Shown: positions 18,998 to 27,666 of the stretch, piece after piece
Layout: every line of letters starts with the position of its first letter
Position numbering within the stretch: position 1 is the first letter of the stretch
Assembly: GCA_041479345.1 (NCBI GenBank)
Contig: JBGOXX010000002.1
Span: 1-40,308 of the forward strand
Length of the DNA stretch: 40,308 nucleotides
DNA from: Alphaproteobacteria bacterium
GTDB taxonomy: Bacteria > Pseudomonadota > Alphaproteobacteria > DATDPM01
Direction of reading: 5' to 3'
Made by a program: the position numbers and the translations under genes
Notes under the pieces: generated by a model
What the model saw: the letters and a program-made list of their open reading frames with translations, nothing else
Told to the model about the DNA's origin: nothing
Database searches by the model: none

Positions 18998-19449
18998 CTG
19001 GCGGCCTCTTCGGTGATGAGCGCGTAAAGCGCATCCGCGCCTTCGGTGCCGCGCAGTTTTTCGCAAATGCCTTTGTTGCGCAGGAGGCGGGAAACCCGGG
19101 CCAGCGCTTTCAAGTGATCGGCGCCCGCGGTTTCGGGGGCCAAGAGCAGGAAAATCAAATCCACCGGCTGCTCGTCGATCGAATCGAATTCGATCGGGCG
19201 TTCGAGTTTGGCGAAAAGGGCGTAAAGCCTGTCCAGTCCGGGGAGCTTGCCGTGGGGAATGGCAATTCCCATGCCCACCCCGGTCGTCCCCAGCCGCTCG
19301 CGTTCCAAAAGCACGTCGAAAATCTCGCGTTCGGAGCGCCCGGATATCTCAGCCATCTTTTTCGAGAGTTCCTGAAGCGCCTGCTTCTTGCTCGTCGCCT
19401 TCAGGTGAGAGACGACGCATTCGGGCGTAATGAGTTCGTTGATTTCCAT
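18985..19449 (-). CDS. ptsN: PTS IIA-like nitrogen regulatory protein (EIIA-Ntr)
   Basis: 154 aa with phosphorylation-site context GVGMGIAIPHGK. It is the last gene of the conserved rpoN-hpf-ptsN group. Confidence 0.9.
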   Translation of the reverse strand: MEINELITPECVVSHLKATSKKQALQELSKKMAEISGRSEREIFDVLLERERLGTTGVGMGIAIPHGKLPGLDRLYALFAKLERPIEFDSIDEQPVDLIFLLLAPETAGADHLKALARVSRLLRNKGICEKLRGTEGADALYALITEEAASHAA

Positions 19450-19451
19450 GA

Positions 19452-20048
19452 TCAGCTCGCCCGCGCATTGTTGTTTTGACGACTGTTGCTTTGAGGGTCG
19501 ATCCAGCCGACATGGCCGTCATTTCGCCGGTAAACCATATTGAGCCCCCCATGCGCACGGTTGCGGAACAGCATCGCCGGAACATCCGCCAAGTCCATCC
19601 GCATCACCGCTTCGCCGACGGTCAGGGTGTCGATTTCGGTCGCCATCTCGGCGACGACGACCGGGTTGTCGGCATGCCCGGCTTCTTCTTCGTCACCCTT
19701 CAGAATGTACTGGCTCGCCACCAGCACCTCGGCCGCTTCGTCCTTGCCGAGGCGGCGGCGATCGCGCAGCCGGCTTTTGTGCCGGCGCAGCCGGGTGGCG
19801 ATCCGCTGGCAGGCGGTGTCGAACGCGGCATAAGCATCGTCCGCTTCGCAATGGCCCTGAAGCAAAAAATTGTGGCCGATATGCACCGAAATGTCGGCGC
19901 GGAACTGACGGCCGTGCTTGGCAATCACCACCGAGCCCTCGATCGCGTTGTCGAAATACTTCGAGACCGTTCCATCGATTGTGGATTCGATATGGCTTCG
20001 CAGCGCGTCGCCCACATCAATTTGCTTGCCCGTGACGGAAAGCTTCAT
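19452..20048 (-). CDS. hpf: Ribosome hibernation promoting factor (long HPF / sigma-54 modulation protein)
   Basis: 198 aa beginning MKLSVTGKQIDVGDALRSHIE, with a RaiA/HPF N-domain and a C-terminal dimerisation domain. It lies immediately downstream of rpoN. Confidence 0.92.
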   Translation of the reverse strand: MKLSVTGKQIDVGDALRSHIESTIDGTVSKYFDNAIEGSVVIAKHGRQFRADISVHIGHNFLLQGHCEADDAYAAFDTACQRIATRLRRHKSRLRDRRRLGKDEAAEVLVASQYILKGDEEEAGHADNPVVVAEMATEIDTLTVGEAVMRMDLADVPAMLFRNRAHGGLNMVYRRNDGHVGWIDPQSNSRQNNNARAS

Positions 20049-20181
20049 GACCGATTGTTATTAATTTTCGTCTCGAAGAATGCCGCGCCGGACGGCGGAG
20101 TGGCCAAAAATCAGCCAAGGCGCGGACGTTAAAGAGCCTAGCCGGCGAAGTCAACAGACCCGCCGTCAGGTACCTAAGCTG

Positions 20182-21627
20182 TTATATTTTAACGTTTTTT
20201 AGGCGCCGCCGCTCAATCGACGAGGGAATACGCAACGACTCGCGGTATTTTGCTACCGTGCGCCGGGCGATATCGACGCCCTCGGCCTTGAGGATCTCGA
20301 CGATCTCTTCGTCGGAGAGGACTTCGGTCTCGGCTTCGATCAGATCCTTGATTCGGTGGCGCACGGCCTCGGCCGAATGAGCCTCGCCGCCGGCGGACGC
20401 CGGGATCGACGAGGTGAAGAAATATTTGAGTTCGAAAATGCCGCGCGGACTGGCGATGTATTTGTTGCTGGTGACGCGGCTCACCGTACTTTCGTGCATG
20501 CCGATGGCGGCGGCGATGTCCCGCAATATGAGCGGCCGCAGCCGCTGCACGCCATAGCGGAAAAATGCATCCTGTTGGAGCACGATCTCCTTGGCGACCT
20601 TCAGAATCGTCGTCGCGCGCTGATGCAGCGCCTTAACCAGCCAGCTGGCGGCGTGATAGCGCTCGGTGATGTAGTCGCGGTCGGCCTTGGTTTGGACGCT
20701 TTGATGGACCTTGGCGTAATAGACGTTGTTGATGAGTACGCGCGGCAAAGTGTCGGGATTGAGCTCCACACTCCATCCGCCCTTCGGCAGCGTGCGCATC
20801 AAAACATCGGGAATGATCGGCTGGGCCACCGCATGATCGAAGGTAAGTCCGGGCTTCGGATTGAGGGCGCGGATTTCGGCGAGCATTTCGGTGAGATCTT
20901 CCTGATCGACGCCGCAGAGCTTCATGAGGCTCCGCATATCGTGTTTTGCGACCAGGTCGAGATGCTCAAGAAGGGCCTGCATGGCCGGATCGAATCGGTC
21001 CCGGTCCTTCAGCTGCAAGGTCAAACATTCCGCGAGATTGCGGGCCAAAATGCCGGGCGGGTCGAAGGCTTGCATCTTGACGAGGGTGGCTTCGACCCGC
21101 GCCACATCGCAGCCAAGGCGTTCCGCCACCGCCGACAGATCGCCGATCACATAACCGGCCTCGTTGACCATGTCGACCAAGTGGGTTCCGATCAATCGAT
21201 CGGCCGGATCCTGTATATCCATGGAGAGCTGGTCGAGAAGGTGATCGCGCAGACTTTCTTCGCGCTTCAGCGTTTCTTCAAGCGCCGGCGTTCCATCGTC
21301 GAAATCGCCGCGCCCGCCGGTGCCCCAATCCGCGAATTGATCGGGGGCATCGGATTCAACGCCGCCCTCGCCTTCCCAAATATCGGTTTTGCCGTCGAGG
21401 GGTGTTTCCGTATTTTCCGGCGGCGCGCTCTCGGTGCTTTGGACCGGTTCGTCGCCGCCGCCCGCGACATCTTCGCGTTCAAGAAGCGGGTTCTGTTCGA
21501 TCTCGGCCGCCAGATAATCGGAAAGCTCAAGCGCGCTCAATTGCAGCAGCTTGATGGCCTGCTGCAATTGCGGCGTCATCACCAGAGATTGAGCCTGGCG
21601 TAAGTCCAGCCGCGGAGTTAAAGCCAT
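20182..21627 (-). CDS. rpoN: RNA polymerase sigma-54 factor
   Basis: 481 aa with a Gln/Leu-rich region I (LRQAQSLVMTPQLQQAIKLLQLS), an acidic region II, a C-terminal HTH and an RpoN box (ARRTVAKYRESL). Confidence 0.95.
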   Translation of the reverse strand: MALTPRLDLRQAQSLVMTPQLQQAIKLLQLSALELSDYLAAEIEQNPLLEREDVAGGGDEPVQSTESAPPENTETPLDGKTDIWEGEGGVESDAPDQFADWGTGGRGDFDDGTPALEETLKREESLRDHLLDQLSMDIQDPADRLIGTHLVDMVNEAGYVIGDLSAVAERLGCDVARVEATLVKMQAFDPPGILARNLAECLTLQLKDRDRFDPAMQALLEHLDLVAKHDMRSLMKLCGVDQEDLTEMLAEIRALNPKPGLTFDHAVAQPIIPDVLMRTLPKGGWSVELNPDTLPRVLINNVYYAKVHQSVQTKADRDYITERYHAASWLVKALHQRATTILKVAKEIVLQQDAFFRYGVQRLRPLILRDIAAAIGMHESTVSRVTSNKYIASPRGIFELKYFFTSSIPASAGGEAHSAEAVRHRIKDLIEAETEVLSDEEIVEILKAEGVDIARRTVAKYRESLRIPSSIERRRLKNVKI

Positions 21628-21638
21628 GGGGGTCAGTC

Positions 21639-22436
21639 CTACAGGCTAAACCTTTCCCCCAAGTAAACGCGCCGTACCTCTTTATGGGCCACGATTTCCG
21701 ACGGCTCGCCTTCCATGAGGACCATGCCGTCATTGAGGATATAAGCGCGATCCACGATATCGAGCGTCTCGCGCACATTATGGTCTGTAATGAGAACGCC
21801 GATCCCGCGGTCCTTGAGGTGAGAAACCAGCTCGCGAATTTCGCCGACGGCGATTGGATCGATGCCGGCCAGCGGCTCGTCGAGCAGGATGAAATGGGGC
21901 TGAGAGGCCAGGGCTCGCGCGATTTCGACGCGCCGCCGCTCGCCGCCGGAAAGCGCCAGCGAGGGTGTGCGGCGCAAATGCGATATCGAAAATTCGGCGA
22001 GCAAAGTATCGAGAACCGCTTCGCGCCGATCGCGCAGCGGTTCCACGACTTCAAGAACCGAGCGGATATTTTCTTCCACCGATAAGCCGCGGAAGATCGA
22101 TGCTTCTTGCGGCAAATATCCGATGCCGAGCCGTGCCCGGCGATACATGGGAAGATCGGTGATGTCGTAGCCGTCGCGAAGAACGGTTCCGTAGTCCGGC
22201 GCGATGAGGCCGCAGATAATATAGAAACACGTCGTTTTGCCGGCGCCGTTGGGGCCGAGCAAACCGACCGCTTCGCCGCGCTTCACCGCGATCGAAACAC
22301 CGCGCAGGACCGGGCGCTTCTTGAAGGATTTGCCGATATTGTGCGCGACCAATCCGGAATTATCGGCAACCAAATGCGGCCGCACGGCATTCGCCTCATC
22401 GTTACCCGTGGCGCTCTGTTCCGTAGAGGCGCTCAT
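21639..22436 (-). CDS. lptB: LPS export ABC transporter ATP-binding protein
   Basis: Walker [10 protein letters not shown], signature [13 protein letters not shown], Walker B FILLDEP. It lies between lptA and rpoN. Confidence 0.93.
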   Translation of the reverse strand: MSASTEQSATGNDEANAVRPHLVADNSGLVAHNIGKSFKKRPVLRGVSIAVKRGEAVGLLGPNGAGKTTCFYIICGLIAPDYGTVLRDGYDITDLPMYRRARLGIGYLPQEASIFRGLSVEENIRSVLEVVEPLRDRREAVLDTLLAEFSISHLRRTPSLALSGGERRRVEIARALASQPHFILLDEPLAGIDPIAVGEIRELVSHLKDRGIGVLITDHNVRETLDIVDRAYILNDGMVLMEGEPSEIVAHKEVRRVYLGERFSL

Positions 22437-23479
22437 GGAGCCGGTGACGGGGCTTGAGTTGGGACGAGTCGCGCCGCTGGCGGTTGGCTTGGCGCCTTGA
22501 CGGGGGCTTGGACCGGCTCTTGCGTCGACGACGAGCCCGACGGAGACGCCATCTCCGGCTTCTTCTTCGGCGAAAACAGGCCGTGGACCGGCTGCGGCCC
22601 GGTGGACCCCGGCGGACCGCTCAGCATCCGGCTTACCCCCGTGTTCAGGTTGACCTCTCCATATTCCCCATTCAACTGATTGTCCTCGCGCGTGATCTTA
22701 ACCGACCCGTAGAGCGTGGCGATACCGGATTCGACGTCATAAACGCCGGTATTGCCGACCGCGATCTGGCCGGGACTCGAGACACGGACATTTTCGAAGG
22801 CTTCGATCCGGCGGATCTTCTGTTGCTGATCGCCGCCGTCCGTACCCGCGGTCTTTTGCGACTTGTTTTGGCCGCCGGCCTTACCCTGGCCGCCTGATTT
22901 TTTGCCCTGGCCCGAGCCATTGCCGCCCGATCCGCTCTGGGTGAAATAAGCGGTAACGATGCTGCCGCTTAAACGCTTGTCCTGGTTGACCACCACCGCA
23001 TTGCCGCGGGCAACCGCCATTTGCTTATTGTCCCAGTATTCCAAACTGTCGTGGGCGGTCACCGTGTAATCCTCGGAGATCATTTTCAAGGCGCGGCCTT
23101 TGAGAACCATGAGCGCATTGTCGACGTCGTAAACGCCGTTGTCGCCATTGGCGGTGCCGTTCGCCGAATTGATGACGACATTGCCGACGGCATCGAGTTG
23201 ATAAATATCGGTGCCGCCGCCTTCCACCGGATGGTAATGAGCGGTCAGCGTATCGGCGTGCACCGTGACGTCGCCCTGCTTGGCGCTCGCATTGCCGCGC
23301 GCGATGTAAACATTGTCATCGCGGCGCCATTCGATCCCTTGGTCGGCGTTGATCTCGACCGGTTGACCCGAATCTTTGTTGAGATTGAGCCCCTGCGCAT
23401 GGGCAGCGAAGGCAACCATGAGTGCCAGCGCCGCCCCAATCTGCGCGAGGCGGGCCGTTACCCCGGATGCTTGGATCAT
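22433..23479 (-). CDS. lptA: LptA/OstA-family periplasmic LPS transport protein, unusually long (348 aa)
   Basis: Signal peptide plus OstA-like beta-jellyroll repeats ([16 protein letters not shown]...VTVHADTL). It contains an internal Gly/Lys/Gln-rich insert and a Pro/Ser-rich tail. Its ends overlap both lptC and lptB by 4 nt. Confidence 0.75.
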   Translation of the reverse strand: MIQASGVTARLAQIGAALALMVAFAAHAQGLNLNKDSGQPVEINADQGIEWRRDDNVYIARGNASAKQGDVTVHADTLTAHYHPVEGGGTDIYQLDAVGNVVINSANGTANGDNGVYDVDNALMVLKGRALKMISEDYTVTAHDSLEYWDNKQMAVARGNAVVVNQDKRLSGSIVTAYFTQSGSGGNGSGQGKKSGGQGKAGGQNKSQKTAGTDGGDQQQKIRRIEAFENVRVSSPGQIAVGNTGVYDVESGIATLYGSVKITREDNQLNGEYGEVNLNTGVSRMLSGPPGSTGPQPVHGLFSPKKKPEMASPSGSSSTQEPVQAPVKAPSQPPAARLVPTQAPSPAP

Positions 23480-24189
23480 GACGCTCCCTTGTTGGCGTTC
23501 GATCCCTTATGGGCCTTCGGATAGAGAATCAATTTCGCCGGGCCGGTGAAGACCACGTAGCGGCCGTGCTCGGTCACTTTGAATCCGCGCGAGCGAATAT
23601 GGCCGAAGGGCCCCTGGCCTTCCACCGGCTCTTCGCCATGGGCAATACCGGCCTGGAGATTCATGAAGGCGCGCGACGTTTCGAATTCGTAGCCCGCGTC
23701 GTGGAACAAATCCACCGAACCACGGAGATCGAGATCGTGACTGGTCTGATCGTAGGTTCCCTCGGCGGAGCGAAGTACGATCCAGCTGCCGTCCTTCATG
23801 GTCATGTCGGCGACCGGCTGCTCAAGATCGATGAGCGGCGACCCGCTGGCGACCTGGGTGGCGTTGTCGGCCGTCACCGTGTACGGACGCTGGCTGTCGT
23901 CGACGCCGGTAAATCGCGGCTTCACCATGGTGAGGCTGCTGGCGGTGCTGGGCGCAATGTTCGCGAAGTTGAGTTTGAAGCGAGCCTTCCCCGTATTTTG
24001 GACATGCGGCCAGGCGATGATGAGCCCAATGAGGGAAAGGGCTATCGCCGGCAAGATGAATCGCATCGCGTTGACGAAGAGGCTGTAGCGGGCGCTGAAC
24101 TTTTGCGCCCGGGCGAAGGCTTCGACGGAGGTTCCGGCGATCTGAGCCGCCGCACGTTCGGCGAAACTTTTTTCCCGAGATTCAAACAT
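23476..24189 (-). CDS. lptC: LPS export system protein LptC
   Basis: 237 aa with a single N-terminal TM anchor (FILPAIALSLIGLIIAW) and a beta-rich periplasmic domain. Position between kdsD and lptA. Confidence 0.75.
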   Translation of the reverse strand: MFESREKSFAERAAAQIAGTSVEAFARAQKFSARYSLFVNAMRFILPAIALSLIGLIIAWPHVQNTGKARFKLNFANIAPSTASSLTMVKPRFTGVDDSQRPYTVTADNATQVASGSPLIDLEQPVADMTMKDGSWIVLRSAEGTYDQTSHDLDLRGSVDLFHDAGYEFETSRAFMNLQAGIAHGEEPVEGQGPFGHIRSRGFKVTEHGRYVVFTGPAKLILYPKAHKGSNANKGAS

Positions 24190-24192
24190 AAA

Positions 24193-25329
24193 TCAGGCGA
24201 CACCCGCGCGCAGGCAGTCGTGGATATGGATGATTCCGACGGGGCGGCCGTCTTCCACCACGAACAGGCTGGTGATCTTTTTCTCATTCATCACGCCGAG
24301 CGCCTCGGCGGCCAGCGCTTGCGGGCGTATGGTTTTCGGCTTTGCGGTCATCACATCGGGCGTGCGCATTTCGAGCAATTTCGGGCTCATGCGGCGGCGC
24401 AAATCGCCGTCGGTAATGATTCCGGCCAGCCTTCCCTTGGCGTCGATGACGCCGACGCAACCGAATCGCTTTGCGGTCATCACCAGCAAGGCTTCGGACA
24501 TGACGCTTTTTTCGCCGATCAGCGGTAATTCGTCGCCGCCGTGCATCAGCTCCGTGACCCGCAGGAATTTCCGGCCCAATTGCCCGCGCGGATGAAACCG
24601 GTAGAAATCCTCCGGTTTGAATTCCTTGCGCTCAAGAAGGGCGACGGCGATCGCATCACCAAGCGCCAGCATCAACGTGGTCGAGGTCGTGGGCGCCAGA
24701 CCCATCGGGCAGGCTTCGCCATTCTCCGGCAGTACGAGCGCGACATCGGCCGCCTCGGCAAGCGAACTTTCGGCACCGGCCGTGATCGCGACCAGCGGAA
24801 TCCGAAATCGTTTCGTATAGTCGACGATGTCGGTCAACTCTTGAGTCTCGCCGGAATTGGAAAGCGCCAGCACCGCGTCTTCGTCGGTGATCATGCCAAG
24901 ATCGCCGTGGCTTGCTTCGCCGGGATGAACGAACAGCGCCGGCGTTCCGGTCGACGCCAGCGTGGCCGCGATCTTGCGCGCGATATGACCGCTCTTGCCC
25001 ATGCCGGTGACGATGACGCGCCCCGGCGCACCGGAAAGCTTGTCGAGCGCGCGGACGAATTGCTCGTCGAGCGCAGTTCCGAGTTTTCTCAGCGCGTCGG
25101 CCTCGGCGGACAGCACCCGCCGTGCGACGTCGAGATCGGTTGCCGCCGAGTGCGAACGCAAAGAGCCGGCTTCCTTCCGCGCCTTCGCGTCGACCGTCTT
25201 CAATTCGGCCGGGGCGCGGGGAATTTCATGCTTGAGCTTTGTTCTGGTTGCCATCGGGCGAATTGCTGTTGGGCGCGTTGCCATGGTGCGCATTGCGATC
25301 GAGAGTGGTCCAGAGATTCCGGCGCCCAA
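24193..25329 (-). CDS. kdsD: Arabinose-5-phosphate isomerase (KdsD/KpsF; SIS domain plus tandem CBS)
   Basis: VIVTGMGKSGHIARKIAATLASTGTPALFVHPGEASHGDLGMI followed by two CBS domains. Four in-frame Met codons (25329, 25293, 25284, 25254) make the true start uncertain. Confidence 0.9.
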   Translation of the reverse strand: MGAGISGPLSIAMRTMATRPTAIRPMATRTKLKHEIPRAPAELKTVDAKARKEAGSLRSHSAATDLDVARRVLSAEADALRKLGTALDEQFVRALDKLSGAPGRVIVTGMGKSGHIARKIAATLASTGTPALFVHPGEASHGDLGMITDEDAVLALSNSGETQELTDIVDYTKRFRIPLVAITAGAESSLAEAADVALVLPENGEACPMGLAPTTSTTLMLALGDAIAVALLERKEFKPEDFYRFHPRGQLGRKFLRVTELMHGGDELPLIGEKSVMSEALLVMTAKRFGCVGVIDAKGRLAGIITDGDLRRRMSPKLLEMRTPDVMTAKPKTIRPQALAAEALGVMNEKKITSLFVVEDGRPVGIIHIHDCLRAGVA

Positions 25330-25507
25330 GACTCGTTAGTCTGGGTGCCTTTCCGGCGACTTCTTCCGACGGTTGCCTGGTTCCAGCGGCGGCCCGGACC
25401 CTGCGGCGGCGGCCTGGGATTCATGAAATCCGCCGGAGACCCGCGGAAAAGCTAGGCTAACTATGCCGGGAGACGCCCTCGAGGTCAACCAATCCCGGCC
25501 AATTCAA

Positions 25508-25550
25508 GGGCTTGCGGTAAGGGGGCTTGCGGTAAGGGCGCCGCTTAAGG
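25508..25550. repeat. 15-bp tandem duplication plus a degenerate third unit
   Basis: GGGCTTGCGGTAAGG occurs at 25508-25522 and 25523-25537, followed by the related GCGCCGCTTAAGG (25538-25550). Confidence 0.7.
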
Positions 25551-25572
25551 CCGGCCCCGATCGGGCCGACAC

Positions 25573-25612
25573 CTAGTGAGCGAAAATATCTTCTAGTGAG
25601 CGAAAATGTCTT
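25573..25612. repeat. 20-bp tandem duplication of the stop-codon end of the RNase D-like gene
   Basis: CTAGTGAGCGAAAATATCTT (25573-25592) and CTAGTGAGCGAAAATGTCTT (25593-25612) differ at one base. Both encode ...DIFAH-stop on the minus strand. Confidence 0.85.
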
Positions 25613-26234
25613 CCGCCGCCCATCCGGCGAGATCGAGGACGGCTCGTGCCGGGAGAAAGCGGAAGCAGGCCTCCGCCAATTCGGTTCGTCCTTCCCGCGC
25701 CAGCATTTCCGTCAGCCGCTCTTTCAGCGCATGCAGATAGAGCACGTCGGACGCCGCGTAATGAAGCTGGTCCTGACTCAATTCGGAAGCCCCCCAATCC
25801 GAGGATTGTTGTTGTTTCGACAGATCGACGCCCAGCACTTCCTTGCACAGATCTTTCAGGCCATGCCGATCCGTATAAGTGCGAGTCAAACGCGAAGCAA
25901 TCTTGGTGCAGAACAGCGGCGTGCATAACACGTTTAAATACCGCTGGATCATCGCAACATCGAAACGCGCGAAATGAAAAATTTTCGTGCGCGCGGAATC
26001 GCCGAGAATTTTGGCGAGATTCGGCGCGTCATAGGAATCTTGCGCGAATTGCACGATGTGGCAAACGCCGTCTCCGCCGGAGATCTGCACCAAGCAAAGC
26101 CGGTCGCGATTCGGGTCGAGACCCATGGTCTCGGTGTCGATGGCGATCTCATGGCTCAGTTTGAGATCGGCGGGCAGATCGCCGCGATGAAGCTCGATCG
26201 ATTTGAGAGACGGGACCTTGCTCCGCGCCGACAT
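25593..26234 (-). CDS. rnd: 3'-5' exonuclease, short RNase D-like (DEDD family)
   Basis: 213 aa with DEDDy motifs IAIDTETMGL, HFARFDVAMI and LHYAASDVLYLH. Confidence 0.85.
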   Translation of the reverse strand: MSARSKVPSLKSIELHRGDLPADLKLSHEIAIDTETMGLDPNRDRLCLVQISGGDGVCHIVQFAQDSYDAPNLAKILGDSARTKIFHFARFDVAMIQRYLNVLCTPLFCTKIASRLTRTYTDRHGLKDLCKEVLGVDLSKQQQSSDWGASELSQDQLHYAASDVLYLHALKERLTEMLAREGRTELAEACFRFLPARAVLDLAGWAAEDIFAH

Positions 26235-26309
26235 CGCCTATGCCCTCATCCGGACGCTCACATTCCGGACTTGCTTCAATCGAAGCGCGCCGGACGAAGC
26301 CGTCCCACA

Positions 26310-26396
26310 TGGTGCCCAGGAGAAGACTCGAACTTCCACAGCCTTGCGGCCACAGGTACCTGAAACCTGCGCGTCTACCAATTCCGCCACCTGGGC
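26310..26396 (-). tRNA. tRNA-Leu (anticodon CAG)
   Basis: The reverse complement folds as a class II tRNA. Acceptor GCCCAGG/CCTGGGC, anticodon stem CAGGT/ACCTG with loop TTCAGGT, long variable arm, T-loop GTTCGAGTC, discriminator A and encoded CCA. Length 87 nt. Confidence 0.93.
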
Positions 26397-26637
26397 ACTA
26401 AAGGGCTTTTCACAATGGGCTCTTGCTGAGCATGGCGAGTTAATAGGACGGCGCGCCGAAGTCAACCGGGTTTGCCTTGCCGAACCGAAGAAATCCGCCC
26501 AACTTCGCCATATTACACACGATATTACACAAGGGGCCTTGCTGGCCGATACAGTTCCATATGGCGGGCCTTGGTACGGCCTTGTATAAGCGAGAAACCC
26601 GAGGCGGCCGGTTCTCGCCCGGGGTTTGAGGTCGGCG

Positions 26638-27648
26638 ATGGCACTTCCTTTCCGGCTGGCGGGCAGCCAGGTCACGGTCTTTGGCGGTTCGGGTTTTGTC
26701 GGCCGCCATCTGGTGCGGCGCCTTGCCGCTGCCGGATGCGTCGTCAAAGTCGCGGTCCGCGACCCGGATCGCGCGCTGTTTCTGAAACCCTTGGGCGATG
26801 TCGGCCAAATCGTCCCGCTTCGCGTCGACGTCACCAATGAGACGCAGATTGCGTCGGCGATATCGGGTTCGCAAGCCGTCGTCAATCTCGTCGGCATTCT
26901 CTTCGAAAAGGGCAAGTACAGCTTCGACGCCGTTCATTATCATGCCGCCGCGGCGATCGCCGAAGCCGCGAAGCGTCAGGGCGTTCTGCGCCTTGTCCAT
27001 GTCTCGGCGCTGGGGACGGCCAAGAATTCGGAATCGCGTTATGCCCGAACCAAGGCGCTGGGCGAAGAATCGGTCCTGCGCGCCTTTCCCGAGGCGACGA
27101 TTCTCCGCCCCAGTGTCATCTTCGGTCCCGAAGATGGATTCTTCAATCTGCTCGCCGCCATCGCGCGGATTTCGCCGATCGTTCCGGTCATGGGCGCATC
27201 GCCGCAACTCCTGTTCCGGGAGGGTGCATTGCCGGAGTTCAAGCCGTTCGGTAAGGGCGGCCCGCGATTCCAGCCGGTTTATGTCGGCGATGTCGCCGAG
27301 GCGATCGTCCGCGCGCTTGATTCTCCCGAAACCCAAGGCAAGCGCTATGAGCTCGGCGGCCCGCGCGTTTACACCATGCTCGACATCGTGCAGCTTGTGC
27401 TGCGCCAAACCGGCCGCAAGCGGCTCCTGCTGCCGGCGCCGTTATGGGCTCTCGCCATCGAGGCGGCATTGCTCGAGCTGATTGGCCTGAAACTCCTGAC
27501 TCGCGATCAAGTGCGGTTGCTTCGCCGCGACAACGTGGTTTCGCGCCGCGCGCTGTCGCTTTCAGATCTGCGGATTACGCCCGCAACCGTCGAAATCATG
27601 CTGCCGACTTATCTGAGCCGCTTTCAGCGTTCCCTTCCCGCGGCCTAG
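26638..27648 (+). CDS. Complex I NDUFA9-like NAD(P)-binding SDR family protein
   Basis: Rossmann motif VTVFGGSGFVGRHLVRRL, about 336 aa, with an overall pattern typical of the alphaproteobacterial NDUFA9/39-kDa homolog. ATG 26638 is preferred (GAGG 6 nt upstream) over the track's TTG at 26626. Confidence 0.85.
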   Translation: MALPFRLAGSQVTVFGGSGFVGRHLVRRLAAAGCVVKVAVRDPDRALFLKPLGDVGQIVPLRVDVTNETQIASAISGSQAVVNLVGILFEKGKYSFDAVHYHAAAAIAEAAKRQGVLRLVHVSALGTAKNSESRYARTKALGEESVLRAFPEATILRPSVIFGPEDGFFNLLAAIARISPIVPVMGASPQLLFREGALPEFKPFGKGGPRFQPVYVGDVAEAIVRALDSPETQGKRYELGGPRVYTMLDIVQLVLRQTGRKRLLLPAPLWALAIEAALLELIGLKLLTRDQVRLLRRDNVVSRRALSLSDLRITPATVEIMLPTYLSRFQRSLPAA

Positions 27649-27666
27649 AGCAAACTTTAAGCCGCG

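Noticed and set aside
20356-21603. 415-aa ORF antisense to rpoN
   Set aside because: rpoN on the other strand is unambiguous (region I, RpoN box). This is an antisense high-GC artefact.
25254-25329. Repeated MATR.. codons at the kdsD 5' end (MRTMATRPTAIRPMATRTK) as a repeat element
   Set aside because: This is only a short in-frame reiteration that creates several candidate start codons. I treat it as start-site ambiguity, not a feature.
25573-25926. 117-aa minus-strand ORF ending ..DIFAH
   Set aside because: It is an out-of-frame ORF inside the RNase D-like gene that terminates in the duplicated 20-bp copy of that gene's end. It is an artefact of the tandem duplication.
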